Assembly (NCBI GenBank): GCA_017938885.1
Contig: JAGBAS010000093.1
Coordinates: 3,190-67,189 of the forward strand
Reading direction: 5' to 3'
DNA length: 64,000 nucleotides
From: Clostridia bacterium
Lineage (GTDB): Bacteria; Bacillota; Clostridia; Oscillospirales; CAG-272
Both the position numbers and the translations under genes were made by a program. Under the pieces are notes generated by a model. It had not been told where the DNA came from. It saw only the letters and a list, made by a program, of their open reading frames with translations, and ran no database searches. This document shows, piece by piece, positions 27,537-38,100 of the stretch. Position 1 is the first letter of the stretch. Every line of letters begins with the position of its first letter.

Positions 27537-28325
27537 TCAGATTTGGTTACGTTGACGGTACTCGGTAGGACTGCATCCAATCAACTCCTTAAAATTATGA
27601 TGGAAGGTAGCCAAGGAAGTGTATCCGCATTGAGTCACAATATCCGCTATCTTGCTGTTGGTATTCTTCAAAAGATAGCAAGCGCGGTTGACCTTCGCGT
27701 TTCGGACGTAAGCCGTGTAAGGGATCCCAACCATGGTGCTGAATGCCCGTGATAAGTAAGAGGCGGAGTATCCAAGCTCCTCTGCCACGATCGTCAAGGC
27801 GCACGGCGTGTGAATGTTTTGCTCTACATAATACAGGACTTCCCGAAGCATACGGTCTCGTCCCATCAGCTTCTCCTCTTGGGTAGGATCCAATTTCTCG
27901 TAGAAAAGAGCGCAAACACTGTACAGGAAACCCTTGATCTTACTGATTGATGAGGATCTATCAATCCCTTTGAGGAGTTCCCAGTACACCGACGGAACAT
28001 CATGGATCACGGGTGAGGTCAAGGGATACTGCTTGAAACGAGAGGAAACCGTTCCGATCAGTTCAGGAGAAAAAATGCAAACTCCGGCAAGGCTTGTTTC
28101 GTCGGTTGATATACTGTGCAAAAAATTTGACTTCACAAGAAGCATATCTCCCTCTTTCAGCTCGTACTCCTCCTTTTCAACGCGCATCTTTATAGTACCC
28201 TCGTAAACAAGAATGAGTTCAAAGGTACGGTGCATATGCATAGGAAAACTTAAACCATAGTAATACTCAAGCGAGAAATACTCCGGTCCGATATCATGAT
28301 CCCAATCGTAAAAGAAATTATGCAT
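27537..28325 (-). CDS. AraC-family transcriptional regulator (cupin + HTH), last gene of the 29897-27537 pair
   Basis: FPMHMHRTFELILVYEGTIKM is the cupin. TIVAEELGYSASYLSRAFSTMVGIPYTAYVRNAKVNRACYLLKNTNSKIADIVTQCGYTSLATFHHNFKELIGCSPTEYR is the AraC HTH pair. Confidence 0.85.
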   Translation of the reverse strand: MHNFFYDWDHDIGPEYFSLEYYYGLSFPMHMHRTFELILVYEGTIKMRVEKEEYELKEGDMLLVKSNFLHSISTDETSLAGVCIFSPELIGTVSSRFKQYPLTSPVIHDVPSVYWELLKGIDRSSSISKIKGFLYSVCALFYEKLDPTQEEKLMGRDRMLREVLYYVEQNIHTPCALTIVAEELGYSASYLSRAFSTMVGIPYTAYVRNAKVNRACYLLKNTNSKIADIVTQCGYTSLATFHHNFKELIGCSPTEYRQRNQI

Positions 28326-28340
28326 GGTATCCTCCTTTCC

Positions 28341-29897
28341 TCAGCCAATGGCCTCCAGCAACTCTTGGCGGACGCTGTCCAGCGTCTCGGAGGAAAATTC
28401 ATAATCATCGAAGGTGCGGCAGACCTTGTCGATGAGTGCCAGAGCCTGGGCCTTGTCTCGCTTACCCAGGATGTGGAGCAGCTCGTAGTCAATTGCACCT
28501 GCTCGTTGCAGGTGAGCACGGACGCCGTACCAGACCGTATCCCCCATGGGGTAAACCACGTGGCCGTTGCCTGCGGGGTAATTAAGCCCATCGGGATGGT
28601 AGTTGGTGTCGTAGCGGCCCTCGGGGTTGTGGACATGGTAACCCCAATGGAGGAAGCCGGGGGCATCGTACTTATAGCACATCCACATGGGCAGACGGCT
28701 GGCCGTCAGGGGCAGGTCGATGATGCGGTTCATACAGTAGCCTCCGGGGAAGCCGCAGGTGTAGATCCACATGGTCTCGCCGCAGGCCTGGAGACGCTTG
28801 TAGTCCTCGATGTACTTCTCAAACACCGCCTGCTTGACCACCCAGACGTCGCAGGCACCCGCCAGCTCGGAGGATTCCACCGGATCGTTAATGATGACAC
28901 CGGGGATGCATTTGCGGCAGATGCCCGACAGGGCGCGGTAGGTCAGGCTGTTGGGGAACTGGGGCTCGTCCACCAGGCACTGCATATAGTTCTTCTCCCA
29001 ACCGTTGCGCTTGATGCACTCATAGGCGCGGGTGAAGTAGATCTTGAGCTGGCGGTAGCCCTCGATGGAGGAGGCGGTGATATTTCTGTCCCACAGAAGG
29101 AAGTGATCGGGGTCGTCCCAAACCTTGAAGCGGGCCACGAAGCCGCCCATGATATATTTGAAGCCATGAGACAGAGCGCGGTTGCCAACCAATTCGGCGG
29201 CGGTGAAGTCGAAATCCACTACCTTCCCTTCCCCGTCGCGGATGGGTGAACCCGAGGGGATCATGAGGTAATCGTTGCGCATATCGATCTGGTTGTCCAG
29301 ATAGCGATCCAATATCTCCATGTACTTATCGGAATAGGCCTCCACCTTGTGGTCGTTTGCCAAACGGCCGTAGTAGATCCAGTTGACCATATGGAACTCC
29401 GACTCCGGGAGGGCGGGGACACGGACGTTGTAGATCTTGACCGAAACGGGCACGGTCAGGGTCTCGTCACCCATACGGATGGTGAGGTCACTTGCAAACA
29501 CACCAACGGGAGCATTGGCGGCCACGTTGATACGGACATAGAAAGCGGCTCTGCCCTCCTCTGTTTCCCCTTCGTCCAAAGGGCGGGTGATCTCGTAGAC
29601 GTCGAAGGGTGCCTTGCGGGTGACGAAATGCTTGACCGATTCGTAATCGGTGGTGCAGAGCATCTTGGCGTCGCTGTTCAGGGGGACTGTGGCGGTCAGG
29701 AGTTGGTAGACCACGGCCTCACAGCCCTCCATGGCAAAGTCAGCGGTGATGGTCTCGCCGCCTTTCAGCGCGCAGTCGGTCAGCACCTGAAAGCAGACGT
29801 CAGCCCCACGGGGAGCATACAACTCGGCTCTATTGGGGCAAGTCAGCTCAGTGTCGGGATAAATCCATTGATTTTCAGAGAATACTTGGTATTTCAT
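28341..29897 (-). CDS. DUF4091-domain protein (GH123-related glycosidase-like), cytoplasmic
   Basis: Start at MKYQVFSENQWIYPDTEL (RBS aaagga). The length and the W.YPD N-terminus are typical of the DUF4091 family as I remember it. This has not been confirmed by a search. Confidence 0.55.
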   Translation of the reverse strand: MKYQVFSENQWIYPDTELTCPNRAELYAPRGADVCFQVLTDCALKGGETITADFAMEGCEAVVYQLLTATVPLNSDAKMLCTTDYESVKHFVTRKAPFDVYEITRPLDEGETEEGRAAFYVRINVAANAPVGVFASDLTIRMGDETLTVPVSVKIYNVRVPALPESEFHMVNWIYYGRLANDHKVEAYSDKYMEILDRYLDNQIDMRNDYLMIPSGSPIRDGEGKVVDFDFTAAELVGNRALSHGFKYIMGGFVARFKVWDDPDHFLLWDRNITASSIEGYRQLKIYFTRAYECIKRNGWEKNYMQCLVDEPQFPNSLTYRALSGICRKCIPGVIINDPVESSELAGACDVWVVKQAVFEKYIEDYKRLQACGETMWIYTCGFPGGYCMNRIIDLPLTASRLPMWMCYKYDAPGFLHWGYHVHNPEGRYDTNYHPDGLNYPAGNGHVVYPMGDTVWYGVRAHLQRAGAIDYELLHILGKRDKAQALALIDKVCRTFDDYEFSSETLDSVRQELLEAIG

Positions 29898-30047
29898 AGG
29901 CTGAATCCTTTCGTAGTGGATTTGTTGAAAAAATATCAAACGTATTGCTGTACAAATCAAGCTTCTTCTTACACATTGTAACATACTTTCGACTTGATTT
30001 CAAGATGTATCTTGTAAATGAAGCATTAGAATGACAAATATATTTGT

Positions 30048-30120
30048 ATTATACCATGGCCAACATTGCTCGTCAATCCGGTTTATTTTGCAAAAATCGT
30101 GTCGATATTTTACCTTTTCA
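30048..30120 (-). promoter_or_regulatory. Promoter plus conserved upstream operator of 28341-29897
   Basis: Minus strand: TTGACG (30071-30076), N17, TATAAT (30048-30053). It is preceded by GTAAAATatCGACACgATttTtGCAAaAtAAACcGGA, which matches 27342-27385. Confidence 0.65.
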
Positions 30121-30377
30121 AAATTATATGCCATTCTTAATTTCATGCATAAATTGATAATTGATTGTATCAGAACGCCCCCGCCCCCGTCAAGCGTTAC
30201 AGGGGGAAAAAGTATCGCTGAAAATTCATAGAGCCGATTTGGTTGACAGAAAAACTGTCTTTCAAATCAGCTCTTTTTTCATGACATGACTGCAATACTT
30301 TTTCCTTTTTCCCTTGACGGCTTCGGTGGGTTTTGATGGTGGGAAGGTGTAAAGAGAGAATGGAGGAAAAGAATAGG

Positions 30378-30446
30378 TTGTGAAAAAGTTGTAATAGATT
30401 GTAAAAATTGTGAAAACTTGGAATTGGTTGAAAAGATGTGAAAGTG
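30378..30446 (+). repeat. Seven helically phased repeats of about 10 bp (TTGTRAAAAN), an A-tract array
   Basis: ttgtgaaaaag ttgtaataga ttgtaaaaa ttgtgaaaac ttggaattgg ttgaaaaga tgtgaaagtg, ending about 15 bp upstream of the -35 at 30462. Confidence 0.7.
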
Positions 30447-30461
30447 TTTAGGCTGGGTTGC

Positions 30462-30599
30462 TTGTTTTCGCTTTTAGAATCTGTTATAATGCAAGCACAT
30501 AGAAAATCGTGTAGCAGTGACAAGCCGCGATTTCCGCATAGGGACAGAGGTTGCACCAAGGGCGTAGTACGAATCCATCAGCCGTACTATGCCTTTTTT
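30462..30599 (+). promoter_or_regulatory. Promoter plus a leader of about 100 nt ending in an intrinsic terminator (candidate attenuator, riboswitch or sRNA)
   Basis: TTGTTT (30462-30467), N17, TGtTATAAT (30482-30490). Terminator GGCGTAGTAC (30561-70) / GTACTATGCC (30584-93) plus TTTTTT. A strong RBS and an ATG at 30632 follow. Confidence 0.55.
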
Positions 30600-30631
30600 C
30601 TATGCTCAAAAAAGAAAAAGAAAGGAGAAGA

Positions 30632-31138
30632 ATGACCACATTCGATCATAAAACATTGGTGAGCGGAGAAGTCAACCTACCATAACAGAATAAGCTGATC
30701 GATTTTTCCCGCGGCCCGTGTATTCCCGAAATCAAGAAGGCAGGCGCCGACGAATGGGTGCGGTTTCCCAAGGAAAGTGACATAGATATTTTGGGATTGG
30801 TTCATACCGATCTCTGTGGCGTAACCTTCGCGCTTTGCTCCGAGTGGATTACCGAGACCGAAGAAAAGATACGGGAGCTTCCCACCGAAAACCCATCGTT
30901 TTTTGAAGTTGAGGAGTATGAGGAGATAGCGGACGAGTATTTGGAGTATTCCTTTTTACTCCTCTATAAAAACGGCTGGATCGCGACACACGCGAAGCGA
31001 ACCCTCGCCGAACTTTACGCGGAAATTCCTTCCATAACGAAAAAGCATACGTTGCATGAGTCAGAGACAAGCCGCAACGACAAATCATCCTATAGACTTC
31101 GCTGTGAATACAAAAAGAGACGCGAGATATGGGACTGA
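30632..31138 (+). pseudogene. Hypothetical acidic protein interrupted by an in-frame TAA
   Basis: aaaggagaagaATG gives MTTFDHKTLVSGEVNLP, then TAA (30683-30685). The same frame continues QNKLIDFSRGPCIPEIKKAGADEW into the 30758-31138 ORF of the track. Confidence 0.4.
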
Positions 31139-31232
31139 ACCGGCGAATACAAGACAGGATAGCCAAGAACATTGTGTAAGCTCTTTCCCCTTTATTCTTA
31201 CGAACGGTATTATTGTTTTTCGGAGGTAACCA

Positions 31233-31550
31233 ATGAAAGTAAAGATTTATTCAAGAAGCGTAATGGAAAAGCTGCTTGCGGCAGGTAGGATTGAAAATGC
31301 CGCCATCATCAGCTTTCACGATCCCGTCGGTTGCGGGCGCAGACGGCTCGAAGACTACAGTCCCATTGACTTTTCGGGTAAGTGCGACCGTGTGATGCAG
31401 ATCGCCATTCACGATCTTGATCCCGAGGCACTTTCGGATTTCGGTCTGACGGTAGAGTCCTATTTTCCCGAAGCCGAGGGATTGCGGTTTTCACGGATTA
31501 CCGATACTATCCCAATCAGCTTGTGTATCATAAGGTATTTGACGCCTTAG
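31233..31550 (+). CDS. Hypothetical protein
   Basis: GGAGG RBS 7 nt upstream. 105 aa, with no family recognised with confidence. Confidence 0.45.
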   Translation: MKVKIYSRSVMEKLLAAGRIENAAIISFHDPVGCGRRRLEDYSPIDFSGKCDRVMQIAIHDLDPEALSDFGLTVESYFPEAEGLRFSRITDTIPISLCIIRYLTP

Positions 31551-31853
31551 AGAAATACAGGGCAGACCATATTGGGCACAAAGAACAAAGTTCCAAGTAA
31601 AGAGCATCATCTGTCACGCGTGAAAATCTTTGACCAAACGCAAGGCAACGTCGGCGATCTGCTGAACCGTACTACGGTGAATTGAAGTAACGCACAATGT
31701 GGGTGGGCAAAGGCGGTCTTATTGAAATCTTGTGATGTGCTCAACAGTCTTGAGGATCTTTGTCAAAATGATTTTGCGGAAATTATGATGAAGGTCAACG
31801 CGGTTGTGTGGGCACATGTGGAGTTAACTAATGTTTGTTACGGCGATCCATAG

Positions 31854-31906
31854 AAAAAGGCCCGAACCGAACAAATCACGTTCGATTCGTGTCCTTTGTG
31901 GCGGAG
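31854..31906. repeat. Hairpin+GGCGGAG module (g)
   Basis: ggcccgaaccgaaca / cgttcgattcgtgtcc hairpin with A/T-run flanks, then tggcggagatggag. Confidence 0.6.
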
Positions 31907-32014
31907 ATGGAGAGATATTGAACCTCCTCGCTCCGCTCGGGGCAAGCCGCCCCGGGGCTTATCTTCAACCGATTTCTCTTGCGGCTTGCAGAGATTTCAA
32001 GCGGCTCCCCAGCC

Positions 32015-32100
32015 CCGCCAATAAAAAAGACACCGACGAGCGGTGTCTTTTTTATTGGCGGAGGGAGTGAAACGTAAAACGACCCTTTTTGAATCATCTA
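32015..32100 (-). repeat. Hairpin+GGCGGAG module, subtype 2 (h): perfect 21-bp inverted repeat plus conserved 3'-UTR box
   Basis: ccgccaataaaaaagacaccg-acgag-cggtgtcttttttattggcgg (32015-32061), then agggagtgaaacgtaaaacgaccctttttgaatca. It lies about 70 nt downstream of the stop of 32171-38854 and works as a bidirectional terminator. Confidence 0.7.
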
Positions 32101-32170
32101 CATTCCACACCTCCGCTCAAACCCGCAGGGACAAGCCTCACAGGTCATACCGGCATTCGGAAGCCTTGCG

Positions 32171-35100
32171 TCAGGCTCGTTTCAAATAATAACCCTTGTA
32201 GGTGGTGACCATAGCCGTCGCTGCGCTTGCAGGATCGGACAACAGCGCGCTATCAATGGCCGTACCGCTCGTCGCGGTGGAGGAGGAGGTATACCACCAG
32301 CCCTCGGTGGTCTCAAAGCGGATCTCGGTCAACGCCGAGCAGTTGGCAAAGACGTTATAGCCAAACTTGACCACGCTGGCGGGAATGGTGATCGAAGTCA
32401 GCGCCTTGCAGTTGTAGAAGGTGCCGTTCTCCAGTGCCGTCACGCCCGCAGGGATATTCACCGTGGTCAGGGATGTACAGCCCGAGAAGGCACTCTCGCC
32501 AATGCTCACGAGTCCTTCGGGGAGGGTGATCTCGGTGAGGGATGTACAGTTTCTGAACGCATGCTTTCCGATGGAGGTAACGGTACTCGGGATGGACACC
32601 ATTGCGAGGGACTGGCAGTTGTCGAATACGCCCTCGGCAATACTCGTGACTCCCTCGGGGATGAGAATGGCGGTCAGCTTTCGACAGTCGTACAAGAGGT
32701 TGTATTCCAGAGCCGTCAGACTTGCGCTGAGCTTGACAGACTCCAGGGACCGACAGGTCGCAAAGGCGGAGGAGCCGATGGAGGTGACCGAATCGGGGAT
32801 CACGATCTCTCGGAGCTTGGTGTTGTTGAACGCCGAGGATCCGATGGTGAGAAGCCCCTCGGGGAGCGTCACCCGCTCCAGAGCGGTGCAGACATAGAAT
32901 GCGTTACCTCCCACAGAGGTCACACCGACGGGAATGGCGATCTCGGTCAGGCTCGTACAACTGTCAAAGGCGTTATTGCCGATGGAGGTCACCCCGTCGG
33001 GAATGATGATGGACGTCAAGGCCTTACAGGATCTGAAGGCGCTCGCGCTGATGGCCGTGATGTTTTTGCTGAGGGTAACGTTTGCCAGCTTTTCGCAGTA
33101 AGCGAAGGCGTGCTCGTCGATCAGGGTCACGCTGTCGGGGATCACGATGGCGGTGAGGGACTTACAGCTATTGAACGCGCTGTAGCCGATCTTGATCAAG
33201 CCATCGGGCAGGTCGATGGAGGTGAAGGGACAGTTGTTGAAGGCGTACCGTTCAATGCTGATAAGGGTGCTCGGCAATGTGACCGAGGTAAGATCATAGC
33301 AGTATTGGAAGGCGTTTTCGGGGATGACGGTGACACCCTCGGGAATGGCGATGGAGGTAAGGGCATTGCACTTGTAAAACGCATATTTCCCGATGGTCCT
33401 GAGGGTACAGGGCAGGGTGATATCCGAAAGCAGGGTACACTCGGAGAACGCTTTCTCGCCGATGGTCACGAGTCCTTCGTGCAGGGTCAGGTCGGTGAGC
33501 TTGACACACTTTTCGAATGCGGCCTGTCCGATCTCGGTGACGTTCGCGGGGATCTCCAGAGAGGCAAGAGCGGAGCAGTTGGAGAATGCCCACGTGGGAA
33601 GCACTTTGACACCCGAGCCAATGGTAACACTCGTTAAAGCGTTGCAATCGCTGAATACACTTTGTCCTAGGGAGGTCACACTGTTGGGAATGACGATGGA
33701 AGAAAGTGCCTTACAGTAACGGAAGGCGTCCTTACCAATGGCAGTCACGCCCGCAGGGATCTGAATGCTCGCGAGGGCATGACAGCTGTTAAAGGCGGAT
33801 TCGTCAATGCTCGTCAGGGTCGCGGGGAGAGTCACCGAAGTCAACGCCTTACAGTTTTGGAAGGTGCTGCGCTGAATACTCGTAACTCCCTCGGGGATAA
33901 CGATCTCGGTCAGCACCGAGCAGTTGTTGAAGGCGTATGACCCAATGGAGGTAAGGGTGTCGGGGAGCCGGACGCTCGCGAGCTTGCTACAGCCGTTGAA
34001 GACCGATTGACCGAGGCTGACGAGACCATTGGGAAGGATTACGGCGGTCAGCGCGGAGCAGTTGGAGAAGGCTTCATAGCCGATGCTTTCAAGACCCTCG
34101 TTGAACACGATGGATCCCAACGCGCGGCAATCCGTGAAGGCCCTTTGACCGATACTGCGCACGCTTGCGGGGACGGTGACGGTCGTCAGCGCCCTTGCGC
34201 TACTGAACGCGTAGTCCGAGATGATCGTGAGGCTTTCGGAGAGGGTGATCCTCTCCAGAGCGGTACAGCCGTAGAAGGCGTAGGCATCCATAGAGGTAAT
34301 GCTGTCGGGAAGGATGATCTCGGTGATGCGGGAGCAGCCCGAGAAGGCGGAATAAGACAGATTGGTGAGATTTTCGGAGAGGGTGATCTTCTCCAGCGCG
34401 CTACAGCCGTTGAAGGCGTGGCCCTCCATGAAGGTAATGCTGTCGGGAAGGATGACCTCGGTGATGAGAGTACAGCCATAGAACGCGTGGTATGCCAGAG
34501 TGGTCACCGCCGCTCCATTGTAGGTGGCGGGGAGCAGGATCCTCGACGGCATATCGTTCTTGCTCTTCATCTTGATGGAGTAGGTGCCGTCGGCAAGCTC
34601 TGTAAAGGTGAAGTAATCCGAGTGAGTCAGTCCACAGTATACGCAGTTGCCGCCCTCGTATTCGTGATCCCTGACCTCCACAAAGCTGTCCACGCGCACG
34701 TCGCCGCAAAGGTTACAGGTGTGGGTGGTGTAGCCTCGCTCACCGCAGGAGGCAGGAGTGACAACGGCCGTATAAGTGTGCCCCGTGGCAGGGATCGTCT
34801 GCTGAGCGGCGAGGACTTCGCCGCAGACCGAGCATTTCTTGCCGGCGGTCAGACCGGAGGCGGTACAGGTAGCGTTCACGGCGGGGATGATCTCTTCGGT
34901 GTGGCCAAGAGCCAATACGGTGTGCTGTGTTTCAAGAACCGCATGGCAAACCGAGCATTTCACGCCCTCGGTCAGTCCCTCCTCAGTACAGGTAGGCGCG
35001 ACGGCGGGGATGGTTTCATGGGTATGACCCGTTGCAGGGACGGTCTGCTGCGCGGTGATGATCTCGTCGCACACCGAGCATTTCGTGCCCTCGGTCAATC

Positions 35101-38100
35101 CCTCCTCGGTGCAGGTGGAGGCTACGGCGGGGATAACAACCTCGGTGTGACCCGTGGCGGTCACCTCGCTGTCGGTGTAGGCATGACCGCAGACCGAGCA
35201 GGTATGGGTGGTGTAGCCGCCCGTGGTACAGGTGGGAGACATCACGACAGAGCCGTAGCTGTGTCCCGTGGCGGGGATCCGTCCCTGGGAGGTGAGGATC
35301 TCACCGCAGACCGCGCACTTCACGCCCTCGGCAAAGCCGTCCTCGGTACAGGTGGGGGGAACGGCGGTCAGGGTCTGCTCGGTGTGTCCCTTGGCGGCGG
35401 TTTGCCCGTCGGTGTACATATGGCCGCATACGGAGCAGGTATGGGTGGTATAGCCGCCCGCCGTACAGGTGGGTGCGGTTACAACGCTTTGGTAATCGTG
35501 CCCCTTAGCGGGAACGGATTGCTGAGCCGTAAGAATCTCGCCGCAAACAGCGCATTTTTCGCCCTTGGTAAGACCCGCTTCGGTACAGGTAGCGTCAGCA
35601 GCGGGGAGGACTGCGGGAGTATGCCCCTTGGCGGGTACGATCTGTTGTGCGGTGATGATCTCATCGCATACCGAGCATTTGATGCCCTCGGTTAGTCCCG
35701 TTTCGGTACAGGTCGCCTCCATAGCGGGAAGCGTCTCGTGTGTGTGTCCCGTAGCATTCACACGGTCATCCGTGTAACGATCGCCGCAGGTACAGGTATA
35801 TGTGGTATACCCTTCAGCCATACAGGTGGGGGCGGTGATCGCGGCTTCGTAGGTGTGCGCAAGCTTAGGGATCTCTTTGGCTTCAACGTGTCCGCAATGC
35901 TCGCAGTCTCGTTTGCTTTGACCGAGCTCTGTGCAGGAGGGAGCTTTGAACTCATACCATTCCCCAAACTCATGGGGAATTCTATCTACGTAATTACCTA
36001 TGTACGAGTCACCGCATTCGCTACAGGTGTAGGTAGTATAGCCCCGTTCCGTACAGGTAGGAGGTGTTATGACAGCGTCGTAGGTATGGCTCAGCATACC
36101 GATGATCTCGGTCTCAAAGTAATCGCAATAGGCGCAATCGCGTCTCTTTTCGCCGTTTGAATCATAGGTAGGCGCAACCGTTTCTCTCCATTCACCCATG
36201 GCATGGGGAACGGTATTCGTATAATCCGCCACATAATGGTAGCCACAGGCACAGGTGTAGGTGGTATAGCCCTGCGCGGTACAGGTGGGAGCGGTCACAA
36301 CGGCGGCATAGCTGTGTCCCGTTGCGGGCGTATGCTCGCCAACGTAACTGTCGCCGCAAGCACAGGTATAGGTAGTATAGCCATCTGCCGTACAGGTGGG
36401 GGCGGTCACCACGGAATCATAGCTGTGTCCCGTGGCGGAAACCATCGTCTGCGCGGCGAGAATCGCGTGACAAACGGAGCAGTGCTTGCCCTCGGTCAGT
36501 CCCGTCTCGGTGCAGGTGGGAGCCACGGCGGCGTCGATCACCTCGGTGTGACCCGTAGCGGCTACCGTCTGCTGTGCCGCAAGGACTTCGCCGCAGACCG
36601 AGCATTTTTCGCCCTCGGTCAAGCCCGTCTCGGTACAAGTGGGCAGAACGGCAGGGATGGTCACCTCGGTGTGACCCTTGGCGGGTGTCTGTCCGTCGCT
36701 GTAGGCATGGTCGCACTTGGTACAGGTGTGGGTGGTGTAGCCATTCGTGGTACAGGTGGGGGCGGTCACCACGGAATCATAGCTGTGTCCCGTGGCGGAG
36801 ATGGCCCGGAGCTCGGTCTTTCCGCACTTATTGCAGGAACGAACTCTGGTTCCTTCTTCGGTGCAGGTTGCTTCCTGAACGGTTTTCCATTTTCCGAACG
36901 CATGGCTACATTCAGGCTCGGACACTCCCGAAAAGTGCATGGTGGCGTTCAGGAGCGGATCATTATACAGCCCGATGTCGATTTGATTCCACTCTGCTTG
37001 GGTGCCGTCATAGTACACGTCGGTGAGGTGATCGGTGTTGAAGAAGGCGGCCTCTCCGATAGCCGTTACGCCGGCGGGAACAGAGATCTCAGTCATGGCA
37101 GGACAGTTCGAGAAGGCGTACTCGTCAATGAAAGTCAGGCTGTCGGGAAGGGTGACGGTTGCGAGGAGACTGCAATCCATGAAGGCATCATGACCGATGG
37201 AGGTCACGCCCTCGGGGATCGTGACGGACACTATGCGATCGCAATCGTAGAAGGCGTATTCCGGAATGGCGGTCAAGCCCTTGGACAGCTTGACGAATGA
37301 CATAGAGTAGCAAGCGTAGAACGCGTAGGCTCCGAGAGACGTGACGCTGTCGGGAAGGGTGATGAGGGGAAGGGCTTCACAATTCTGGAAAGCACCCTGT
37401 CCGACGTGGGTGAGGGTATCGGGGAGGATCACTCTGGTCAGGCTCGTGCAGAGGAAGAAGGCATTATATCCGATGGAGGTGATGCCCCTCGGGATCATGA
37501 CGGTTTTGATGCTCGCACAAACCGCGAAGGCCTGATCGCCGATGGCCGTCACGGTATCCCCCTTGGGGCTGACCGTGGGAATCACCACGACAGTATCCCT
37601 GCAAGTACCCATGCCGCTGACATAGCAGGTACCGTCGCCGTTGGAGGTGAATGCCAATCCGACCGAGGGAGACAGACTGAACTCCCCGCACAAATAGCAA
37701 ACGCCCTCAATAAATACGTGGTCAATGGCCGCGATCTGGCGGATCTCTATGGAACCGCAGGCAAGGCAGGAACGGGACGCCGAGCCCTCCTGACCGCAGG
37801 AGGGGGCCTTGACCTCGTGCCACTTGCCCATCTCGTGCCCCAGAGCGTCCACGTAGTTGCCCACGGTGGTCAAGCCGCAAACGCAGCTTCGGGTGGTGTA
37901 GCCCTGCTCGGTACAGGTGGGGGGCGTGACTACACTGGTGTATTTATGCCTGATACGGGGGGTAAAGTTACTCTCATAGGTATGCCCGCAGGTACAGGTA
38001 TAGGTGGTGTAGCCCACCGAGCTGCAGGTAGCGGGAGTTACCTCGGTTTGATACTGATGTTCTGTGGTCGGGGTGTAATCATCCCGATAGGTGTGTCCGC

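Noticed and set aside
30497-30599. Assignment of the leader to a known riboswitch class
   Set aside because: I compared it from memory with the c-di-GMP, preQ1, ZTP, guanidine, purine, fluoride and THF consensus cores. Only trivial matches such as AGAGGTT were found. It is reported as unclassified.
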